A DNA stretch of 64,000 nucleotides, from positions 43,763 through 107,762 of IMG/VR virus record IMGVR_UViG_3300028287_000410. One strand, 5' to 3'. Position numbers and translations under genes: made by a program. Position 1 is the stretch's first letter, and every line of letters starts with the position of its first letter. Below the pieces are notes generated by a model that saw only the letters and a program-made list of their open reading frames with translations, was not told the origin of the DNA and did no database searches. Shown piece after piece: positions 39,704 to 48,872 of this stretch. Source of the DNA: a virus.

Positions 39704-40940
39704 GTACGTAACTCGCTAACTCTGGTAAGTAATCTTCAACTCTTTGATTTCTAATGGTATCTAACTTTCTTGTAATCTTAGAATACTGTGGCCACCATTC
39801 TTCATGCATACTTGGGTTATCAAGCATTTTTCTATAACTTATAAACTGCGGTAGTGTATATGATACATCATTATTCTGAGTTTGTAAATAGTTAATATGG
39901 TCATCTAGTTTCTTTTTTGCGTTATTCATCACTTCAGGAGGAGCAATTTCTACACGATAATATTCTGGATGAAACAATGGGTTAAGTCCAAACTTGTTAA
40001 TGTCTATAAGTTCATTCTCATACAAATACTTATGCAAGTCTACGACATGGTCAATGTTCATGATACCAACAGTACAGCTATCAAATATTTCTACGTTCGG
40101 ACATTCACGTCTTATAAGACGAATGTTCTCTTCAATCTTGTCCCACGGTTGCCCTGCTCTTACGTATTCCGCACGTGGACCATATGCATCAATAGATGCC
40201 ATAATCTTAACACGTTCTAGTTTATTCCAAATATCAATTGCACTGCGTTTCTTGTATGTAAGTTGACTTAAATTTGTCTGATAAAAGATATGAGCATTAA
40301 GATTTCCCTGTGCAATTACTTCATCGATGAAAGCCCAATGCTCTGGCATAATAAGAGGTTCACCACCTGCAAAGTAAATACGTTCTAAATTTTTAATTTG
40401 TGGTCTAGTTTCATCCATCAATGAATCAAAATTACTTCTAACTTTTTTTACTTTTTGATGGTGTATCGCAAACGTATCACCTAATAGTTTAACACTATCA
40501 TCAAACCACATTGTACTAAAATCAGGACCGCAACTTCTACACTTCATATTACAATTGTTACTGAAACGAATATCCCAATATGTAATTCGTAGCTCGTTTA
40601 AAGTGCCATCCTCTGAGGTGTTTTCTACTAAATCATAATGATGACCGTTTTCTTTATTCATACTTTGTCGTAAAGATTTGAATCCATATTCTTCTTGCTC
40701 ATAGCATCGTGTACACGCTTCACTACGTTCTCCGTTAAGCATGTTCTTACGTAGTTGTTTTGCTTTATCTGTATTAAGAATATCTCCGAGTGGAGTATCA
40801 TTTAAATTACCAAATTGATGTTCTTTTCCAACATTACTTAAACAACATGGATACACTTCACCACCTGCCCAAGCATGTACATGTACCCAAGGTGCCATAC
40901 AGAATACTTTACTATCTTTTATATCATATTTGTTCATCAA
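39696..40940 (-). CDS. Radical SAM protein with N-terminal twitch-like domain
   Basis: FCMAPW...YPCC...CTRC, then CNMKCRSC and AGGEP. Confidence 0.93.
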   Translation of the reverse strand: MMNKYDIKDSKVFCMAPWVHVHAWAGGEVYPCCLSNVGKEHQFGNLNDTPLGDILNTDKAKQLRKNMLNGERSEACTRCYEQEEYGFKSLRQSMNKENGHHYDLVENTSEDGTLNELRITYWDIRFSNNCNMKCRSCGPDFSTMWFDDSVKLLGDTFAIHHQKVKKVRSNFDSLMDETRPQIKNLERIYFAGGEPLIMPEHWAFIDEVIAQGNLNAHIFYQTNLSQLTYKKRSAIDIWNKLERVKIMASIDAYGPRAEYVRAGQPWDKIEENIRLIRRECPNVEIFDSCTVGIMNIDHVVDLHKYLYENELIDINKFGLNPLFHPEYYRVEIAPPEVMNNAKKKLDDHINYLQTQNNDVSYTLPQFISYRKMLDNPSMHEEWWPQYSKITRKLDTIRNQRVEDYLPELASYVHD

Positions 40941-42063
40941 TATACTCTACTAATTCTGGGAATGCTACTTCAAATAGTCCCGGTCTTGTTCTTCTTGAAT
41001 AATCTAATTTACTACGAAGGTTAGATATATCTCCAGTGCCGTTCATTATTCTAATCAACCAATTATCATTACCAATAATTGGGTTAATCTGACAATCATC
41101 TAATTTGTGATTTTCAAATTTAAGTCTAATACGCTGTTTAAATTCTTCTGGTAAGTCAATAGAATTAAATGGGTGTGTGACAATATTATTGAATACTTTA
41201 ACATTATGTTCACTGCACCAAACATGAAAGTCCGGCAAGTCAAATATATTTAGTGCGGATACACTATGCGATATTTCTACTTGACATAAGCCTTCATCTC
41301 TAATAGAAATAAATTTCTTAAACACTTCATATGTTTCTTCCCATTTACCTGGATATCTCTGAAACTCAAACTTCTCATGTGTGTTATCTAGGCTAAGCAT
41401 AATACGAACAAGTTTAAACTCTTTAAAATATTTAACAAGTTCTTCTGGCCATATAGTACAGTTAGTAAACCATGTGATTTCGATATTCTTTGCTAAGTCA
41501 CGTTTAACAAGAAACTCAATCAGAATCTTTTGCTTCTTAATCATGAACGGTTCCCCACCTGCTAATTCAACTCTTTTCAAGTTATTAGCATGTAGATTAA
41601 GTTCTTCCCAGAATTCATCTGTGTCTTGCCATTTAGGTGCAGGCGTATACTTAATACCAAATTGTTTATCTATACTTCCCCATTTACTACTAGAATGCGA
41701 ACCACAAATTGCACATGCTAAGTTACATGTGTTCCCCATTTTTAAATCGATTGATTGTAGCATGTCTTGTTCAAAACCAAGATTATCTTTCCAAAGTTTT
41801 ATCTCTCTGGTACGTTTACTTTCACCGCCAGACTTTTCTACGTCATAGCACTGAGTACAATCTTTTTCAAAATGTGAATCGAAGTTATCAATCCATTCTT
41901 TTCTATCTGATGAATTGATAACTTCTGTAATAGTATTTGTATATGCGTTTGCTTTTTTGCCATCAATAGAAAAACGTTTTGAGCTAATACAACACGGAGT
42001 CATTTCTCCTTGTGTCGTAAGTTCAATATTGTTAGTTACTAATGGACAAAACTTCCTAGTCAT
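40924..42063 (-). CDS. Radical SAM protein with N-terminal twitch-like domain
   Basis: FCPL...TPCC...CTQC, then CNLACAIC and AGGEP. Confidence 0.93.
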   Translation of the reverse strand: MTRKFCPLVTNNIELTTQGEMTPCCISSKRFSIDGKKANAYTNTITEVINSSDRKEWIDNFDSHFEKDCTQCYDVEKSGGESKRTREIKLWKDNLGFEQDMLQSIDLKMGNTCNLACAICGSHSSSKWGSIDKQFGIKYTPAPKWQDTDEFWEELNLHANNLKRVELAGGEPFMIKKQKILIEFLVKRDLAKNIEITWFTNCTIWPEELVKYFKEFKLVRIMLSLDNTHEKFEFQRYPGKWEETYEVFKKFISIRDEGLCQVEISHSVSALNIFDLPDFHVWCSEHNVKVFNNIVTHPFNSIDLPEEFKQRIRLKFENHKLDDCQINPIIGNDNWLIRIMNGTGDISNLRSKLDYSRRTRPGLFEVAFPELVEYIDEQI

Positions 42064-43603
42064 CTACCACAACACCACCTAGTGCGTCATTCTCTGTATC
42101 CCAACCACCAACAGCTTTCTCATGTTCATCATCGCCGCCATCATACGCTTCAGTCGTTGCAGGGTCCCCGGCACGATCCGCAACACTAAGAACAAACGTT
42201 TTAGTCTTAATTTGTTCTTCTGTAGGGACTTCCGCTTCAAGTGTTTGATACCAATCTGCTATTGGACCAGGGAATGTTTCGACAAAGTTATGACCTCTAC
42301 GCACATCAAACTGTTGAAAGAATGCTTTAAAGTCATGATATAGTTTATCTTGCTCGGCTGTATTCTTATGTGGAGTCTTAACAATATCAAGATAATCAAT
42401 TAGACGTTGAATACTTGCGCGTTCGCCATCAGTCAATGCTTGTTGATTTAAAAAGAACCATGCTTCTAGTTTGTCTTTATAGAATGTTTTGATATTCACA
42501 GGAAGAATTGCCGCACTTTGAAATGATGGGAAACGTAAAATGTTTAGCGTCATTGTTGGCGCACGTTTTCCATATTCTTTACGTAGTTCAAGCATCTCAT
42601 CCATGAACTCTGTAATAGTAGTTAAGCATAATGAATTGATTGTCATCATCATATGTAACTTCTGTACATTAGATTCTTTAAGAACACGATGGATACTATT
42701 CATCCATAGATCATAATCTAGGCCGTCACGTATATACTCAGCTTGTGTTTTTGCTGCTTCCATCGATGTGTAAATTTCAAAGTTGGGAACATGCCATGAT
42801 TTCTCGATCAATTTGTCCAACACTTTGGGTGTCTGCGGAGAGAGATTACTATTGATAGCAAATCTCATGTTACGACCGCGATGTGGATTTTGTTCAAACC
42901 AATCAAACAACTTCCATGTACCAGTATGCATAATAGGCTCGCCGCCTGTAATGCGAATTTCTTCTAAGTTGTCTGCAAGATCACTTTCCCACCATTCGTG
43001 AAACGCTTTAATGAACGGGTTGTCTTCTGCTTTTCTTGCTGCAGGTTCTGCCCATGGTGCAGTGTCAACAAAGTGACCGCGACCATCAGACTGAATGTTT
43101 TGATATGCACCATAATCGTTGATGTCTTTAACCCATGCAGTTGAAAATGCTGGGTTACAATAAGTACATTTTAGATTACATGCTCTATCGAATGAGATTT
43201 CAAGTGTGCGTAGAAGCGCATTTTGATCCCATGGCATTTCCATACTTGCATCAATATCTTCATCTTTGAAGATTTCAGTTTTGAATACACGGTCAGAGAT
43301 ATGGTCTTTACCCATGTCTTCAACTTTCCAACAGTATTCACATTCTGCTGGGCGCTTACCTTCTTGCATTTGCTTACGCATAAGTTTCTTATGCTTTGTA
43401 TTGTGAATTGCAGTTGGGTTATCTTTTAATTCTTCAAGTGGAATCCAGTGCCCGGGCGGGTGGTGACAACTTGCTGTCTGTCCGTGACCTAACCAAATAG
43501 TAGCGTTATACCATTTAGCGGCACAGTAGCTTTCACTCTTGCTGTCGATCATACGCTCTTTGTATTGATGAAGGGTTTCGCCTTCCCAGTGTTTACGCCC
43601 CAT
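42056..43603 (-). CDS. Radical SAM protein with variant N-terminal Cys/His domain
   Basis: YCAAKW...SCHHP...CEYCW, then CNLKCTYC and TGGEP. Confidence 0.92.
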   Translation of the reverse strand: MGRKHWEGETLHQYKERMIDSKSESYCAAKWYNATIWLGHGQTASCHHPPGHWIPLEELKDNPTAIHNTKHKKLMRKQMQEGKRPAECEYCWKVEDMGKDHISDRVFKTEIFKDEDIDASMEMPWDQNALLRTLEISFDRACNLKCTYCNPAFSTAWVKDINDYGAYQNIQSDGRGHFVDTAPWAEPAARKAEDNPFIKAFHEWWESDLADNLEEIRITGGEPIMHTGTWKLFDWFEQNPHRGRNMRFAINSNLSPQTPKVLDKLIEKSWHVPNFEIYTSMEAAKTQAEYIRDGLDYDLWMNSIHRVLKESNVQKLHMMMTINSLCLTTITEFMDEMLELRKEYGKRAPTMTLNILRFPSFQSAAILPVNIKTFYKDKLEAWFFLNQQALTDGERASIQRLIDYLDIVKTPHKNTAEQDKLYHDFKAFFQQFDVRRGHNFVETFPGPIADWYQTLEAEVPTEEQIKTKTFVLSVADRAGDPATTEAYDGGDDEHEKAVGGWDTENDALGGVVVDD

Positions 43604-45161
43604 ATTTTACCTCGTATTCTTCTTTAGCTTCATTCCAGAAGTCTGTCATTTCAGGGAATGTTTCTAAGAAATTTAGTCCCCTACGCTTATCGTACTGTGT
43701 AAAGTATTCGTAGAAACGAATTAACTTATCACTTAATTCTGCGTCACTCATATTTAGTCCTTCTTTTGCCCAAGCTAAATCACGCTCAAGTTTTAGGACT
43801 TCATAGTTCTTAAACCCAGTGTACTTACGACCATACAAGTCGTTCTCTAATACGTTAGCTTTCATATAATCAATGTTCTGTTGAATAGTATCTAACATGA
43901 TAGGATCTGCTAACTGAATGGTCATCCAGTCTGGATAGCGTAAGTAAGGAATATCAAACCAAATACGTTGACGTTTTTTACGAACAAATTCTGGATGCTT
44001 AAATCCATTTCGGTCGGGAGGCTGAATAACTTTGTCTTCTTGTTTCTCATAGCCAAACTCTTCACGTAGTTTTAGAATCATATCTAAGAACCCACGTAAA
44101 TTCGGTATACTTAGGAGAGTAAAAGTGTTAATAAATGAAATCTCTGTACCATCTGTTTCAGATAATACTCGACGGCAATTTTCATACATTGTATCAAAAT
44201 CAAGACCATCACGCAGATATTCAGCCTGTTTCCCAACACTGTCTACACTTACATATAAACTAAAATGTTTACATGCTGGTGCAACATACCAATGATTGCC
44301 GCTATCAGGATTGAAACGTTCTGGATCTTCCCAAACACGGACTTCTTCTAATTTCTGTATTTTCGCAATGAACTTATCCATTAACGCTGGTTGAGGAGGC
44401 GCCATGTTTGACGTAATACTCAAATCTAAGAATGCGTTTGGATTTTCATTGACGTAATCTAATACTTTGAATGTATTCTTATCCATGAGAGGTTCACCAC
44501 CTGTCATACGAAATACTTTCAAGTCTTTATATGTTTCTGGAAACCACTTCCAGAATGCTTCGATATATGGATTATCTTTACGTGCAACTTCAAGTGGCAT
44601 CATGCCAGTCTTACGTAAGTAATCAATATCATTATGTCCAGTACCATTTGAGAAGCGGAAGCCACCATGCTTCTTAATATCATCTTCCCATGCTGTACTA
44701 AGATGCGGAGAACAATAAGAACACTTTAAGTTACACGCTTGATTGAAGTTTACTTCAACATATCTCGGTGTAATCTTATGATCCCATGGATTATTTACTA
44801 CTTCATCCCATGCGTCTTTAACCCACCACTCACTTGAGCGATAATGTCTGTCACTCAATCTTCCTTCTGTGGGAGCATTGGGCGCATCTTCTACATTCCA
44901 ACAGTACTGACAACCCTCAGGGCGCTTACCCTGCAACATTTGCTTACGCTCTTGCATCTTGAATGTTGTATTGTGTAATGCACCTACATCTTTTTTCAGT
45001 TCATCTAACGGAATCGCATGTGTGGGAGGATGATAACAACTATGTGTGCGACCTTGTGGTAAATGCAAACTTACTTGCAACCACTTAGCCATACACATTG
45101 AAGGTGAAAGAGAATTTAATTTTTGACGTGTTGCTTGTGCATCGTCATCGTAATTTGACAT
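43593..45161 (-). CDS. Radical SAM protein with variant N-terminal Cys/His domain
   Basis: MCMAKW...SCYHP...CQYCW, then CNLKCSYC and TGGEP. Tandem paralog of 42056..43603. Confidence 0.92.
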   Translation of the reverse strand: MSNYDDDAQATRQKLNSLSPSMCMAKWLQVSLHLPQGRTHSCYHPPTHAIPLDELKKDVGALHNTTFKMQERKQMLQGKRPEGCQYCWNVEDAPNAPTEGRLSDRHYRSSEWWVKDAWDEVVNNPWDHKITPRYVEVNFNQACNLKCSYCSPHLSTAWEDDIKKHGGFRFSNGTGHNDIDYLRKTGMMPLEVARKDNPYIEAFWKWFPETYKDLKVFRMTGGEPLMDKNTFKVLDYVNENPNAFLDLSITSNMAPPQPALMDKFIAKIQKLEEVRVWEDPERFNPDSGNHWYVAPACKHFSLYVSVDSVGKQAEYLRDGLDFDTMYENCRRVLSETDGTEISFINTFTLLSIPNLRGFLDMILKLREEFGYEKQEDKVIQPPDRNGFKHPEFVRKKRQRIWFDIPYLRYPDWMTIQLADPIMLDTIQQNIDYMKANVLENDLYGRKYTGFKNYEVLKLERDLAWAKEGLNMSDAELSDKLIRFYEYFTQYDKRRGLNFLETFPEMTDFWNEAKEEYEVKYGA

Positions 45162-46139
45162 TTAATGTCCGCTCCAGCCTGTTGTCTTTTCTGTTGCCAT
45201 TGGATTCTTAACACGAGGCGGATTAGTATATACCCGCTTAAAGAATGAAGCTACTTCTGGTGTTGGATCACATAGTTCCATACCAATCTTATCAACTAAG
45301 ATATCGCCAATACGCAGACATTCATCAAACAATTTATCATAGTCCCATTCTACTTTTGTATTCTCACATTTCATTTCGCCACCTGAGAACTTGGGTAATA
45401 CTTCGTTCTCGAAATACTCTTTGAACCAATCATAGCTAGAAATATTTTCTAGTACAAAATCATCATTCAAGTTCATATCATAACAGCCCAAACGTGCACC
45501 GAACAATGCCCAGATACCGTTCTCTACATCAGAACCAATGTTACACCATGTGATTAGACGCTCGTAATTCTTAGGCCAGATACGTTTCTTAAAGTCTTCT
45601 ACTGGAACTTTCTTACCTTCGTCAAGTGACATTTTAGCACCTTCACGATACCCTGCACGAAATGCTTGGAACGGTGAACCTGCATTATATACTAGTGAGT
45701 ATACATTGTTCATCTGAATGTAGTTCAAATCCCAACAGAAGTCAACCTTTTTAGTTTCATCTTCTGCGTTTTCATGTGTCTTCATATCTAACACAAGTTG
45801 TACAGGCCAACACTTAATGCCGCCATTACCGTAGACTAGACCGTTAACAACATTCTTTGCTGACCATGAAATAACTGAGTTAGCTAAATCTGTACCTTCT
45901 GGGAATGTAAGTTTAATATCAAAGAACTTTTCATCTACAATGTTATCACCGTCAATAGTAATAAATCTATCTGTATCACTTTGTCTCGCACATTCTTTAT
46001 GTGCGTTATCAAATCCTTTTACACCGTCTACACGTTTAGCAAACGGAAACTTCTGTAAGATGTCCGCCCAGTGTTTCTCTTTATTAGGTTCATCGTAACT
46101 TAGATAAAAAACATCTAGTTCGCCAATTTCTAATTCCAT
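45162..46139 (-). CDS. Glycosyltransferase-like protein (GT-A), single-domain paralog of 15601..19260
   Basis: LSYDEP...AKRVDGVKGFDNAHKECA...FITIDGD (DxD)...YGNGGIKCW...AFRAGYREG. Confidence 0.7.
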   Translation of the reverse strand: MELEIGELDVFYLSYDEPNKEKHWADILQKFPFAKRVDGVKGFDNAHKECARQSDTDRFITIDGDNIVDEKFFDIKLTFPEGTDLANSVISWSAKNVVNGLVYGNGGIKCWPVQLVLDMKTHENAEDETKKVDFCWDLNYIQMNNVYSLVYNAGSPFQAFRAGYREGAKMSLDEGKKVPVEDFKKRIWPKNYERLITWCNIGSDVENGIWALFGARLGCYDMNLNDDFVLENISSYDWFKEYFENEVLPKFSGGEMKCENTKVEWDYDKLFDECLRIGDILVDKIGMELCDPTPEVASFFKRVYTNPPRVKNPMATEKTTGWSGH

Positions 46140-46141
46140 TA

Positions 46142-46717
46142 TTATACTCTCCTTAACGAATAACTGTCGAAGTACTTACGAGTGTAAATACTTATATTGT
46201 ATTTATAGTCGTAGTTAATAGTTACTTTTTCACCACTCAACAAATCACTAAACTTAATCATTTGCATACTGATAAGAAACTCTGGCCTATCTTTGTGCGT
46301 AATGAAGAATGGATGTGAGTCTGTTCCGGCGACTATAACGGATTGGTTCTTGTCTACATTTGAACGTTCTACAAGTCCAGCACTTGCACTGATAACAATA
46401 GCATCTTCTGTCATTTCTATATTAATGTCAGCGCCGTCAAGTTCTGTAATCTTTGTTATCTGATTTTCAGAACTACGTTGCTTAATATTGACCTTACGCT
46501 TTACAATATCGTACATCAATGGATTGACGTTGCGCTTTATAGTGTAGTCCGAAAACTTATACGTGCCATCAATGAACGGAAGAATATCATCTAGTTCAAA
46601 CATTGCATACATGTTATCAGTATCGTCAGTTCTTCCACTGATACTTGTTATAGTACCAGTGTCATCAAAGTACACATATCTGTTTGTTCTGTTTTCTTCT
46701 AATGTACTTGTAATCAT
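46142..46717 (-). CDS. Hypothetical protein
   Basis: In-operon ORF; likely start 46717 by ATGA overlap. Confidence 0.7.
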   Translation of the reverse strand: MITSTLEENRTNRYVYFDDTGTITSISGRTDDTDNMYAMFELDDILPFIDGTYKFSDYTIKRNVNPLMYDIVKRKVNIKQRSSENQITKITELDGADINIEMTEDAIVISASAGLVERSNVDKNQSVIVAGTDSHPFFITHKDRPEFLISMQMIKFSDLLSGEKVTINYDYKYNISIYTRKYFDSYSLRRV

Positions 46718-47571
46718 AGAACTGCCTTTTCGTAAGTCGCAATCTTTTCTTGTGTCATCCATTCTTTCTGTACATAATGTACTGGAAGATTTTGAACAAA
46801 GTTGCCTATGCGAACTTCAAGATTGTCTGATAATTCACTTGGAATACTCTTTGTCCAGATGTTATCAATCTTTGTTCGTTCAATGTTCTGAACGTGAGAC
46901 TTCATATGCACAAATGTAGGAACATCCTTAATATCATAATCGCACACAACTTCTTCAATGTCAAGTAGTTTAATTGCAAGAGCATATGCCATATCAGCAC
47001 TCATCCAGTTCTGACCAATACCTTTAAGGAACTTGTCATAGTAAACATTCCAATGTGTCATGATAAGCTCAACCATACGAAAAAATTCATATGCTGGTTG
47101 TGTCTTCTTAAAGTATGAGAAGTTACTGTATACATCTGGTAGTTCTAGTTCTGTAAACTTCTTGCGATAGAAATCATCTACAACATCTTCGCCACGAAAT
47201 GTTTTTACATTTGTACAACACCATACGTCTTTAGTAGCTAGATAATCCCACCAATGATCCACACTATGTGTAAACACCATATCACTATCTAAGATAATCG
47301 TTTCATCAAACGGAGACATATGAATGTATTTCCATTTGTTATGGATTTTCCAGTTGTCTGCACCAGCATCATCGTTCCAAGGAATGTCTACAATATGATC
47401 GAAAACTTTGCGATGCTTATCTTGTACTAAACCCTTAGTGTATTCATCTACGCATACACAAATTGCGTTCTCGCGCTGTGTGGCTTTTAGACTAAGTGCT
47501 AGAGCGTATGTCATTTCTAGATAGTCAAACTCATTATTGTTTTGAGCTATTACAATATAACCTCTACTCAT
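46714..47571 (-). CDS. Putative glycosyltransferase (GT-A, GT8-like)
   Basis: RGYIVIAQN...YLEMTYALALSLK...NKW...SPFDETIILDSD (DxD)...FVHMK. Confidence 0.75.
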   Translation of the reverse strand: MSRGYIVIAQNNNEFDYLEMTYALALSLKATQRENAICVCVDEYTKGLVQDKHRKVFDHIVDIPWNDDAGADNWKIHNKWKYIHMSPFDETIILDSDMVFTHSVDHWWDYLATKDVWCCTNVKTFRGEDVVDDFYRKKFTELELPDVYSNFSYFKKTQPAYEFFRMVELIMTHWNVYYDKFLKGIGQNWMSADMAYALAIKLLDIEEVVCDYDIKDVPTFVHMKSHVQNIERTKIDNIWTKSIPSELSDNLEVRIGNFVQNLPVHYVQKEWMTQEKIATYEKAVL

Positions 47572-48434
47572 AATGTTTCTCCTAGTTCTAACATCGTATC
47601 TACATTACGTTCAATCGCACGTTTATTCATAATATGCAAATCTGTATTAGTGAAGCGGGACAATAAATGTTCTTCGATTGTTTCTGCTTTAGCACAATAC
47701 ATGATAACATCATTTGCACTGTTTACTCTAAAGATATCATCTAAGTCAAATGAATTGTTAAGATAATCAATTGGAAGTGACGGAGCTTTAAATGATACGT
47801 TACCATTTAACATATGTAATGCAATAGCAAATGCAAAATCATTTCTAAACAAGTTACCAGAGCAATTGTATAGAGCATAATAGTATTTGTAATTGTACTT
47901 GATATGTATGATTAGATTGAATAGGTTTTCTGCGAACTCACTCTTTCTAAAAAAGAATACTGTTGCCCAACACATTGGAATAGTAAAATCATCAATATAG
48001 GAAACATTACCGCCATGTCTACCAGCAATGTCCCTATATTGATAATTAATCATGAAGTCATTCTCGCTTCCCCATACCTGGTCAAGAGTATCACTCATTA
48101 TAAAGTAATCACAATCAATGACTAGAGTTTCTTCATATGGTGAAAGTTCATATACTTCACTGCGTCCCATATTTTTGAAAGACGCATACTCAGGACTATT
48201 CGCAGTATCTTTAAATAGTCTAGTATTCTCTGGTTGAAAGTTATCTGAAATAATAGTTCTGTCGAAATATTGTTTGATTAGTTCTGGATGTTCATCTGCT
48301 GATGCGCTATCAGTGACTAGACAGATTTCATCAAATTCACTAAGATTTTTTCTAGCGTATCCAGCACTTGCACATGCAATTTTTACATAATCAACGTAAC
48401 CATTATTTCTTGCAAAAAGAATAATACCACGCAT
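47568..48434 (-). CDS. Putative glycosyltransferase (GT-A), tandem paralog of 46714..47571
   Basis: RGIILFARN...YVKIA...SPYEETLVIDCD (DxD)...FRNDFAFAIA...HIMNK. Confidence 0.75.
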   Translation of the reverse strand: MRGIILFARNNGYVDYVKIACASAGYARKNLSEFDEICLVTDSASADEHPELIKQYFDRTIISDNFQPENTRLFKDTANSPEYASFKNMGRSEVYELSPYEETLVIDCDYFIMSDTLDQVWGSENDFMINYQYRDIAGRHGGNVSYIDDFTIPMCWATVFFFRKSEFAENLFNLIIHIKYNYKYYYALYNCSGNLFRNDFAFAIALHMLNGNVSFKAPSLPIDYLNNSFDLDDIFRVNSANDVIMYCAKAETIEEHLLSRFTNTDLHIMNKRAIERNVDTMLELGETL

Positions 48435-48814
48435 TAGATTTCAAGTACCTTTTCAATTTTACGAGAGCTACGTAACTTTTGATAGTCATTGTAGTATTCG
48501 TTAATTACTTCAAAGTAAAGACTGCTAATGTCTTCTAAGAACTTTGTAGTATCATCGATTTGAATTGGAATATCATTCTTATCTAATAGAATTAAACTTG
48601 ATTTGCCAGATGTCACAGCCATATTTACAAAAGCAATCAACTCTTGCGATACACGAAATGTACCACCGTTTGTGCTATAAGACAATAGGTTCTGTGTCTT
48701 GACTTTAAGATTATTCTTAGCCAAGTTAAATGTTTGCATTGTATTTGAAAAGTCTAGTGCTTTAGCAAGACGTTCTTGCTCTTCGCTAGAGGAATTAATA
48801 GTTTCGTTTGACAT
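48434..48814 (-). CDS. Hypothetical protein (126 aa), first gene of the right modification operon
   Basis: Strong AGGAG RBS, preceded by a consensus promoter. Confidence 0.8.
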   Translation of the reverse strand: MSNETINSSSEEQERLAKALDFSNTMQTFNLAKNNLKVKTQNLLSYSTNGGTFRVSQELIAFVNMAVTSGKSSLILLDKNDIPIQIDDTTKFLEDISSLYFEVINEYYNDYQKLRSSRKIEKVLEI

Positions 48815-48840
48815 GGTTATATTCTCCTAATATTACTTCT

Positions 48841-48869
48841 ATTATATAGAATTATTAGTCAAATGTCAA
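48841..48869 (-). promoter_or_regulatory. Perfect consensus sigma70 promoter
   Basis: Minus strand TTGACA-17 nt-TATAAT, 26 nt upstream of the 48814 start. Confidence 0.85.
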
Positions 48870-48872
48870 GTA

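Noticed and set aside
1526-45161. RiPP interpretation of the rSAM/SPASM genes
   Set aside because: No convincing precursor peptide, RRE/PqqD domain, peptidase or exporter was seen, and the context is dominated by GTs. Not excluded, but unsupported.
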